A DNA stretch of 64,000 nt from NCBI GenBank assembly GCA_002633005.1, contig NMRA01000087.1, positions 989,080-1,053,079 on the forward strand, read 5' to 3'. The notes beneath the pieces were generated by a model that was not told the origin of the DNA, searched no databases, and saw nothing but the letters and a program-made list of their open reading frames with translations. The DNA comes from Phoronis australis (Eukaryota > Animalia > Phoronida). Position 1 is the first letter of the stretch; every line of letters begins with the position of its first letter. This document shows, in pieces, positions 1 through 11,700 of the stretch. The translations under genes and the position numbers were made by a program.

Positions 1-2604
1 CTCCTGAAAGCCTCTATACAAGGGTTATACAATAACTTCTACGGCTTTCTATTGAGAAATCATTCAGTTAACTGGCATGGATCAATAACTATCTAATATA
101 CAAAAATAAGGAAATCTGGAACCTGCGTGTCTCAGAACAACATTTTACACAAAACTTGAAATACAGAATTAGATTCAACTTTTGGTACCAGTCTAAAAAG
201 TGCATCATTTTCAAGTCACAACATTAAGGGCTATTACAGACCGAGAGCTACGTGGCTCGAATGCATAGTCCATGACTGCGGCAAAATGAACCATAACAAT
301 TTTGATTCGTGAAGTGGTGAGGTGAATTTCTCACTTGTTGGATTTCTTTTACGTGGCGAGCATAAATCCCCAAAGCATGTAGGTGGGGGAGGTCACCTAA
401 GTGCTAAGTCAATTTCCTCTGGTTGCAAAGAAAATTCTTTAATGCCCCATCTTTTGATAACAGCAAATCTCTCTGGTTGGGTTATTGTAACCCTATGTGC
501 TACACTTACACTGTTTACTTAAAGGTAACAGGTCGGTGACATTATGCCTTACTGCATGTGAGAAACAATGGCGCGAGGTAAATTTCACTTGAGGCACACA
601 GCTCAGCTTGCTGCTGTCAGTCTGCGCTGGCCTTAACAGTTAGCTTTAAAAACCCATCGACGATTTTTAATACTACGTGCATGTAAATTGTAACAGTGGC
701 TTGGGCTATTGTTATAGTAAATTTCACACAACAGCTGCCAAGGAAGAAATCAATAAAAATGCGAAACTCATCCTAAAATAGTCTATAATGTAACCTAATT
801 TGTTAAAAATATTAATAAATTGGCAATTAGCTCAAGATTGATAGACATTCATTACAAAAAGTAGTAACTGCATCTATGTAATGATCGCCATTGGTGATGC
901 ACGATTTTTAATCCAATCAGAGTTTTGAAAAACATTCACCAGTTTCGTCTTTAACTCAAAACAACTATAAACAATGAGACAAAATAATTAGCAACTTCAT
1001 CACTACATCATATTTAAGGCTTGAAAAACAGCACGAATTAACCTCATTGAAAATCAATCAATGCATTGCGCCTACGCAGTTAACCCATCCAACTATGTGT
1101 GAGGCTGCTCCTTTGCCTGAATTTGGCGCATCCATCGATTTGTGAAACACATCGTAAGAGTCCAAATATAGCAAGTGAGTGAAGGTTGGCTTACTCTTGC
1201 AGAACAAGAGATGGGGCAGTAAAGAGTACAAAGAATGGACAAAAGACAGACGAAGAACCGCCGGTTCAATAAACACAAATGTTCATAGAAGAGATAGCCA
1301 TTCCACTAGCAGAATTCAGGCACATGAGCCATGTGTAAGACACTTGAGAAAACAATTGTTGAAAAACATTTCAGGAACAGGGTAATGAGCGGAAATACGC
1401 GAGCATACCGCAGTACATCATTTGAACTAATACGAGATAAAATAGTACATGATCTTTACGGCTGCAGCACTTTCTGACTAAAACAAACAGAACACTTTGC
1501 AATTGTACATACTGTGTGTCATAAAGACATCTAATTGTTGCCAAGGTCAGCTAATAGTTCTAATGAGAAAGACAAGGGAGAGTGAATTTTAACCTGATGA
1601 AGGATGAACATAACTTGCTTTTATGCAAAACCACACCAAGGTTCATTTTAGAAGCCACTTACATATCTCATAATTTTGCGGCTAAACTGCTCATCAAAAT
1701 CCATGAAAGGACGGTGATGTTTATTTTGAAGTTATACTACGTTGACGTATGAAACCATTCCACACTTATAGTGTGGAGCAAGAGGCTTTTCTCAGTGCAA
1801 GTGACACAGTTTCAATGTAACGCACTAAATTGTATCTACTTTCACATTTTGATTTATGACGTGTAATCTTTTCAATACCTAATCTGCCAGCCCCAACACT
1901 TAACTTCTCAATAATACCCTGGAAAGGAATAAAGCAACAACTTGTCAAGACACTTAAATCAGCTATCAATCACGTTGTGTTGTTAAAAACATCAATTTTA
2001 TTGCCAAGCATATTTGCACTTCCAAAGCAACATCGTTCCGATCCTTTGTTTGCACTGAAATTTGTTAACACTAAATTGCCAGGGATTCCCTGTGATGGCC
2101 ACGCTGCCTTAGTGACTGGTACTGAGTGGCAGTAACTAGCTCATCTTGTCAGGTGTGAAGTGATGACAAACTGTAACCTTAGAAATCATTTCTAACAGGA
2201 GTGGGAAACATAGCGAGATCGATTTCACTTGGTTTTCTACAGCAGGCATGGGTTTAACCCCCCTTTAACAATAACTTTTCAAGTCGAAATCCTGCCAAGA
2301 ACAACATTGTCACGTAGACCTTTTTCCACTATCAAAGTTTTTTATCCCTTCCAAGATAAAGCACACAATCTGTGACATTTAATATGTACTGTATAAATAC
2401 GCATCTGTGTACATATTTTGGCTCGATAGTGACAACTCCTTCTCTCAACGTTACGCAAATTATAGATTGAAATATACAACAGCCAGATCAACAAGTATGG
2501 TAATACTTTAATAATTGCTTTGCACCTATCCAAAGCTGCTTTCTATCTGAATTGAGAAAAATTCTTTAAATTTATATTTCAACGTCATGACAACTTAAAC
2601 TCAC

Positions 2605-2799
2605 CGACTGTAATTGATACTGTATCTTCTCAAGATCCTTCAGCGAGTTCCTTTTCTCACCATCAATGTAGTTCGTCCACACCCTGGTGGCGGGCTCCTG
2701 AATAAGGTCCCGCACAATCATCAAGTCCGGTGTTGCCATCTTGGTAGTGCCGGACGCATCGGTACTGCTGATGGACACTTTGAAGATTTCCTCCAATGC
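2605..2799 (-). CDS. WDFY3: WDFY3 coding exon 38 (ALEEIFKV...QLQS), last exon found in window
   Basis: 195 nt, phase 0 to 0, matches human LEELFKV...LIEEAALKCW. Confidence 0.92.
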
Positions 2800-5700
2800 C
2801 TGGTAATAGAAAGCATTACTCTGAATCACATTTCAATGACAAAACGATTTTTTAACCACGTTCGCAAATTCCGTGTTGTCTGCACTTAAGAGTCAGATTT
2901 GAGATATCTCTACTATATGTCACACTAAGTCAAGATGCTCATATACATCCCTCCATGCGTCTGCTTCAGTTCCCACACAATGCCAGGTGACTTTACAAAT
3001 GAGCAAAGACAGAATCCTTGCTCAAACTCATGCATCAAAAGCTCTATTAAAACTGGCAAAATAATATTCCTGACATTTGAACAAGGTAAAACTTTGACAA
3101 AATCAAACACAATTATGAATACAAAGCAAAAGTATTCAGTACTGAACAGAATGCTACTAAGTCATGCCAAGTTAAAAAATATTCATATTTTACAAATCAT
3201 CACGACCAAGACAAAATATTAGAAATTTCAACAAGGAATTAACCAAAGTCTATTAAGTGAAAAATTAATTAAAAAAACAAAACACGAAAACAAGACAAAA
3301 GAAGGAGCATATGTCAAGAAACTCATCAAAATGAAAAATAAAAAAACAACACTCAAGTCTCAGTACATCAATATGTCCAAACGTAATCAAGTTCAACAGG
3401 TCATCAAGAGTATATCACCTTGTCATGGAATTCATCAATCAGTTGAATTCCCTGACTGAGAAGATCCTTAATACTCATCGTTGGTATTTGCCAAGCACCA
3501 AGCCCTACTGGCAGCCACGGAGACAATAAAGCTCCGTGGCTGACTACAAGCAATTAACTAAGAAATGAGAAGGTGTAGTTGCCATCTCGCATCTGATCAC
3601 ACCTGTCTGTGTGCCGACATTACGTGTGCTCCAACACATCACAAAATCAATATGTTAATAATTAATGCAAGCCTTTTTATTTTTAGACACGCAATCTAAA
3701 TACAGGGTGGTTAAACAAACACTTTTTATTAATCATTTGACTTTGCATTTGTTTTATTTACAATTATGCATTTATTTGAACTGATTATGACATTTAACTA
3801 TGTTTTAAATGTCTAAAGGATCTGTGGCCTTAGCTCCTAACTCTTCCCAAATGCCAGACAGTAAAAATTCACAGTTTGTCAATACAAAATGGCAGCAAAT
3901 ACTTTTCAAGGTTCAAAATAGCTTCAGTTCCTCCTAATGGTTTGGACATAACTTCAACAAGATTCTAACATTTTTCTGAAAGGACAATTTCAGCTCGTAA
4001 TGATAGTACTCACAACTTCCGAATTTCATAACAAGAGCAACGCGGAGCATTGAAATGCGCCCACGAATGCATTGCAAATGGTGTATTTTTAGGGTTATTT
4101 ATTTGTGTCATAAAAATGGCCACTAGATGGTGCAAAAACGTACAATCCATCCAAAAAAACAGGAACATGCCATATTTCATAAAAAGGTGTCAAGGAACTT
4201 CAGAGAAACAAAGGAAAACAGAATAAAATGAAATTGCCACTAGTGGGCATAATGTCTGTTGGATCCGCCTGAAAGTCATCGTCATCTGTTGTTATCTTCA
4301 TATAAATACACTTATTAAATTTAGTAAAGATCCTGCAGTGGGTTTAGGAGATACAACTATGGGCGCAAAACAAAACCACCACTAGGAGGCGCCACAGTAG
4401 TCAGTCACCATCATCAAAGGTCGTTTTCATACTGAGAACATATATGCCAATTTTCAAATGATTTGGTTGATACAGGGGTGGACACCAAAAACAAGATTTG
4501 AAAACAGCAAAAATGGCCACTAGGTGGTGCAAAATACCTTGATTCCATCCAAAAACAGGAAGATACCGTCATCACACCAATAGATGCTTATATTTAAAAT
4601 TTTATGAAAATCTGTTGAGGACCTTTGAAGATACTGAGTTAAACGGAAAAAACTAAAATTGCCAATAGGGGGCACAGCAGTAGTCAGATCTGTCCGAAAG
4701 TCGTCGTCATTCGTAGTAAACATCATATAAATACACTTGCTAAATTAAGTAAAGATCCTGCGAACGATTTAGGAGATACAGCCATAGGCGCAACAAAAAC
4801 AAAACTGCCACTAGGAGGCGCAACAGTAGTCAAAATCGTCAGAAAATCATCGTCAACCGTCCTCTTCACAGTAAGCACATACATGCCAATTTTCACAATC
4901 ATCCTTTGAGCGGTTTGGTTGATAGAGGGGTGGACACAAAAAAACAGTAAAAATGGCCACTAGGTGGCGCAAACTATGTCAAATCCATCCGAAAACGGGA
5001 GGATAGCGTCATCTCACTAATAGGTGCCTACATACCAAATTACATAAAAATCCGTTCAGGACTTTTGAAGATACAAAGGTAAGCGTAAAAAATTAAAATT
5101 GCCACTAGGGGGCACACCAGTAGTCGGATCCGTCCAAAAGTTCGCTCATGCGGTCCCATTCATGAATGGAACAAATTAGCCAAATTTCATAAACATATGT
5201 CAAAGGGTTTTGGAGAAAGAGCAGCGGACGCCGGATGGACACCGCCCGGACGGATAGACGCTGCCCGGACAGATGGACGGACGGACAGACAGAGATGACA
5301 GCATAATGCGTCCACATATTTATATGTGGTGCATAAAAATTATCTACAACCAGTATTTTTGACACTGAAAGTATCATCAAAATTTCTCAAATATTACAGT
5401 ACTTTTATTCAATCAATTCATTACAGTATTTTTGTGTTTTTAAGGACTTTCCAAAATTCACTTTTCCCATCAAATTCAAGACTTACCAAATTGTACAAAC
5501 ATTGAATTTCCCTCTGCATGGTGTCATAAGATCACAAGACATGTCTTGTAGCAAATTGCAAAACATAAAGACGATAGTTGGGTCTTAAGAATATGCAAAG
5601 TACCCTTAGTGACAGCATACAAGCCTACTGACCATAACATCAGAGATTTTACTTCATGGTTCCAATACTACAGCAAACTCACAGACGACAGTGAAAATGG

Positions 5701-8700
5701 CATACACTTTTCACATGGCAATACAACAATTATATAATCTTTTGAATGTTGCCAAGATGGCAAACTTCATTACGAGTGAATCACTTCTTTGTATGCCTTG
5801 ACCAGATCATATCAATGAAAATTCACATAAAACATCAGGCCACAATTAAGTGTAAGCATGTCACTTAAAAGTTTTAATATCTATTCCTCACCTTAACAAC
5901 AAATGCTTAAAAAACTCTTTACCCATAAAGTTCAGTAGGCAAAATTACTTCGGATCCCCAACGAAAAACAAGAACCATCAAAGTTGATACACATATTAAT
6001 GCACAACCATTTAGCCACCACCACCACTACCACCATCACCATCACAAACTGTATTCCAAAAGAAGCATAAAAGAGGAAGGCCAATGGTTTTGGTATAATT
6101 CAATAAAAATATGAATCATCAGTTACCCTAACGTATTAACATAAAGCTACCTTAAGTTCTGCCAGCCCCAATTAATCATACATGTAACGGCCTGATGAGT
6201 CTCGCAGTACACGCCAGTGACCGTACAAAAAATGACCCAGAATTTCCCACCATGAAGACTGGGTGCAAGTGGAATTCATCATCACTGAAGTCACCTCAGT
6301 CACGAATGGCACGGAATTGACCCTATATTGAAAGAGGTAGCAACGGCATTCAACCATTAGGATTTTGTCACAATCACGAGTCAATGACGTCACTTTAGCC
6401 ACAAACAGAACCAGTCAACATGATGGGGGGAACAGTATGGTTACTTGCGGAATGTTTTGTACTTAGTAACCTTCAATTCCTGCAGCTTATATCTGTCGAC
6501 CGTTTCACAAACCGTTTCACAAAGCAAGCACAGACACTGACTACAGATCAAGTGTAGCCTTAGCCGAATGTAGGAACGCAGAGATCTGTTTTATTGATGG
6601 TCATAAGTCGAGTCTTCATTAATACGGTCGTACTGTCGATTTCATTTTGTAATATTTTACTAAATGTGGCTTGTGAAGGTGGTCGTTAAGCTTGAATATG
6701 AAAAATTATCAACTGTACATGAGTTGCGACATCTGCGGCCGTCTAAAAATACAAAATCCCGTTTGTAAAAATATGCTTATGACAAGTTCTAGCCACGACT
6801 AGATTTACATAGTTCAGAAACTGACGTGACTTTTCAAAAACACCAAAAACAATGGCTTCCCCACTTTGATATGCACGAATGAAACCACAGATTACAAAAA
6901 AGCATGAAAAACACCAGCGTTTCCTAAAATCACCTAAGAACTAAGCAAGTGTGAGAAAAGAAAACAGGGGAACAGATAAGACATGCAGGATTTGCTTGGA
7001 GTTAAACACTTATAAGAAAAAAAATTATCGTACGGCTACAGCATTCTGCGTCAGCGTGGACGAGGTTCGGCTCTCGAACTTGACTATTGCCGATAGGGTC
7101 TACAACACAAACAATGCATTCCCAAACGCAACTCAACGACAACAACTATCAACGACACATGAAAACAAAATGTTTCAAATAAAAGTTGTTAGATAATTAC
7201 AAAGTAAGCTTGCAGTCACTTTGTGTATTAAAATCAAATTTGCATCAACACTGAACACACAGAGTGTATCAAGCAGAGTGGAGATCCAACTAAAAGGTCG
7301 TCAGTTTTGTTTTCACCTCTCAAACTTGTGACAGAATGGACACCAAGTACATCCTATCCTAATGTCGACATTTGCACATATGTCAAAACATATTTGCCAA
7401 GTGTTCACACAGAATAAATTATTAACATGACGTACGAACATTACACACTTGACTTCATTTTCTGCAAAGATAGTGTTTTTTTTTCTTTTCTGGAACTCTT
7501 CAAAACTCTTCCTATAATTTGACGACTTAAATTATTTATGAGTGCTTGCAAGGCACATCTGCTTAAGAAAGCAGTCGGTTTAGCCCTTTAAAAATAAGAA
7601 GTATAAAATTCAACTCCTGCAAAATGATTTTAAATTCCACGTTTATTTACAAGATTTCCAGATATTTTAATAATACAATGCCATAAAGTACTTAAAATCA
7701 CCAATTCCATATCAAAATCACCATAAAACAGCCCCACCAGTCAACCAGGTGGCAAATTCAAACACTCCCAAACATGATCTGACAATATGTTAACTAGCTG
7801 ATATCAAATTACAAGGAGTTACAGGTCGATATGTGCTAATTAAATTGGGACAACCAATCACAGCACTCTAGACATCCTCCATTGTATTTAGTGTGAAAAG
7901 TCGTCAGATTTTGCTGCTTGTTTTCCCGTGGTTTATGGTATAATATGAAAAGGAGAAGCACTGCATTCATGGTAGTTGTGACAACTCAGTATTTGAGCAT
8001 GATGTGATTTTTTCACTTTCCTGCAGGACATCAGGGAAGTGCAGATATGGCACAAGTTTGTAGATGAACGCCCAGGTGTTGGTGGACATGACAGACTAGT
8101 ATTGAGTACATTCATAAGTCACACTTATGTCCGAGAGCTAAGAAACTTTTAACTGATTCCGAAGTTGTTTTTCTTCTATTTTCTCGTTTTTTGGGATATT
8201 GAATTCATGGTTGTGATAAGCAGTGCTAAAAAGAAACTCAAGGTTTAATGATGCTGACAATGTAGTCACTTGTCAAAACAAGGTAAATGGTAGTTTTAAG
8301 CACTTTAAGTCGTTTTGGCAGTTGTAAACCCCTCACCTTTAGACCTTGTTTATCGAGCAAACCAAAACACAGGCACAAAAATTTAAATTTGAAGCATAAA
8401 ACTGAGGCAAAATTACACCTGAATAACACTGTACATGACTTTATGACATCATCTCAACATAATAGAAAATTCAGTGATATTGGAGCATTTCATGCAGAGT
8501 TCAGCTACGCCAGTGCTACAGCCCACCCACCGGTTTCTTGTGGACGTATAACTCCTCCCAGACTCTACGTGCTGCATTGGCCAACAACAGTTGTCCCTCC
8601 TCGCTGCCGGTGCTGTCAGAGCGCTGCAGGAAGTCAGCCTCAACCTGACTGTCAGGGTCAACATGCCACGTGGTCTGACTCAGACTGGCATCCAGGAAAC

Positions 8701-11700
8701 GCGCGTCCCTAGACAAAGAAAGGACAACGAGTCATCGCTGGGAAGGACATCACGTCCATGTGTCACTGCATATGCACAATGTACCTCAAACAGTACAATA
8801 CATGCATATGATAATCACCAATGGTCTATATTTCTTAGGAGTGCTCACCAAATCAAAAGTTAACATAATGATACATGTTTATGCTGGGTAGTTTCTTACC
8901 TCAGGAACAGTTTACAGAACACTTATTGCCACCTGTCATCACCCAGCACACTTAGTTCTGCCACAGACATAACACCTGTGTTGCAACACAGAAAGTCACA
9001 GAAATTTAGAGCACCTTTTGTCCTACTTGACTAGCACCTGGCATGTCTCCAGATCAACGTCTTCACTTAACTGCAATTCGATTCAAGGCGAGACAACCAA
9101 CGAACTTTAAAGCACCCATACTTTCCCACTGCTATTCCATACTGCAACCAAAGCATTACGTACCTTGTCTCCAGATCAATGTCCTCGCTTAACTGCAGTA
9201 GACAGTATGACAAGCAACCTATAAATTCTTGATCGTAGTTGCCTGGTCCAAACACCAGGTTCCGGTTGCTGGTCAACTTGTGCAGAGCATCCAAGACCAC
9301 GGTCTGGTCGGCAACACTGTAGATGGGCCGTGACAGGTGGTAGAGGATGGTGCGGTTCAACGATTTGTAGATAGAGTCTAGCGACAGGCCTGACGCTGTG
9401 TGACAATTTGAGATTAGTGAAAAACATTTGATTGTTAATACAATAACTTAATTCAGTGATTTTAGCAAAAAATCTTAATTCAGTGATTTTAGCAAAAAAT
9501 CATTTCCATAAGGTGCGAAAACACAGTCCCTTCAAGTCCTAGCTATTTTTTGACAGCATTAAGGGTTTAGTCAAACGCAATAAAGAAAACCTTTGTGGTT
9601 AAGAGACAATTGAGATTATGTGAAATAGCACTTGGAGATCTGTGAATGTGACAACCCTATGAAATGTATGTGAATGGGACTCTCAGTATTCATTGTAAAT
9701 TCATTACATTTGCCATTTCAATGGAACTCCTTATAATTGTTCCACAACTTACAGTGAATATTCAATCAAAATTAAATCAGGAAAATGACAGTACCACTTG
9801 TGTGAAAGTTTAACATGCTACAGTTGGATACCACTCACATTTACGCTTGGCTTGAGCAATGAGCTGACTAACGAACTCAAACACCTCCATGGAATCGCGG
9901 ACATATGTTCCTGGAAAAGAATGCACAAGAGTCAAAACAAAAAGTGAACTATTTGCATTACTCTCAAAAGTGAAAATTAAAAATACAGTAAAATTGTGAG
10001 ATAAACTCAGGTATTTAAACACACATTTATAGAGAAATATCTATGATTAAAACAGATTGAACCCTCTCCAAAGCAAATTGTTTGAGAGAATCATCCAACA
10101 CTGATATTAGTCTACAGGCAGTCAGTGATGGCAAAAAACACCACACTATTACCTTGCCACAGTTTGTCCACCACGCGACTAGCCAGGTAGAACACGTTAT
10201 TGGCCATGTTGCTGTAACTTCCAGAGTTGAAAATGGGCAAAGCTGCCTCCTCTCCCAACAGAGCGTCCGCGGCCAGCAGGTGGTCCATCAAGCTCTTCAA
10301 CATCTCCGTCTGGAACTCTCGCTGTTGTCTTGTCGTGGCGTGCTCAGGTGACACCTACAACAGGGGAGAAAACTTGCTTAACTTAACACATCAGTAAATT
10401 GCACTGAACAAGGGAGACACTTCCAACTGGCAAAATAAGTCAATTTACAGCATAGTATTATAGGAGTAAAACTTGAAGAAGTTGGACATGCAGAAGTCGG
10501 AGTTTCATTTAACTCAGACAAAGTTGATCAGAACTGTTCCCAAAGTAAGTGCACATGGGCCTTTGTATAAGTCTTACATCGACAAACTCTGGTGAAATAT
10601 CTAGGTTCGGTTGGATCCTAATTATGCGGCCTATACCAAATACATTCCTACTTTGGTGATGAAGAGAGATCAAGGTAAACTTTCTCAACACTGACGCAGC
10701 CACCCTGTGATGGACATAGAATCTAATAAACAAGTACACCCTCCAGTGAAAACTCAGCTTTTCTCGCAAGTACCATCCTTTATCGTTCATCAGATCACAG
10801 CAAGAATCAAGCACTAATATCAAAGAGGCAACATCTTTCCAACACAAAACCTTGAAGTTACTTCAGAAGTTACATCCTACCTCCAATAGCATATCGATAA
10901 CAGGGGGTGATCCTCGGGGTGCCGGCAGTGACAAGCTGTCTACGACCACACTGCGCAGGAAGTCCATTACAAATTTCTTGGCTGGATGGTCACTTAGGTT
11001 TCCTGCAAGGAGATGAACACAGTGCAGAACTACAGAGATGGCGGCTTTGTAGATTCCAACTCCACATTGCATTTTCTCAGAAACAACGAGATAGAGTCAG
11101 TGATTCAGTTGTTGAATTTTCAAGAATCTAAATTTTTTTCAAAAGATAATGGAACACTACTTACAATCCAGAGCACTGCGTATTATATGCAATAAACTAA
11201 AAATCAACAACGTATACACTTGAGGAAACAAGAAGAACGACAACAGTTGACGACAACATCTGGAACATCCAAATGAAAACAGTAAAACTATCACTTTGTT
11301 AATATCAAAGAGAAATCCCAAATGCTGCATTCACAACAGACTGAACAAAGTTCGTAAAACGAATGAATGAACTTGTAATGGTAGAATGGTCAAAATTTTC
11401 AGTCATGGCTTCCTTCTTGCCAGAAAATCAACAAACTTCAAAACTGTGGTAACAGAATAATGTCTACGTACGCTAACATCCAACTGACGGGCTATCACTA
11501 AACTAACAATGAACTCAACAGAGATGAAGGAAGGTGAACAAATAAACTGACAACATTTACCTGTCTTACCCATCCAAGATGACTCCAGTTTATGAACGAC
11601 CAGAAGAGGCTCAGAGTCAGAAAGGGCCTGCCAAAGAAATCACAACCAATTATCAACTATAACCTAATTATACACTTCACACAGCTGTTAATGTATTTTA

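Noticed and set aside
1-2604. Search for the next WDFY3 exon (expected KLSRV/KVxGG-like peptide)
   Set aside because: No convincing match; the short ORFs here look non-coding, so the gene probably continues beyond the window.
8027-8075. Plus-strand acceptor-like site followed by DIREVQIWHKFVDERP
   Set aside because: Weak donor, no partner exons and no recognisable homology.
8287-8863. Plus-strand ORFs of 90-141 aa (and similar ones opposite other exons)
   Set aside because: Antisense shadows of GC-richer WDFY3 exons.
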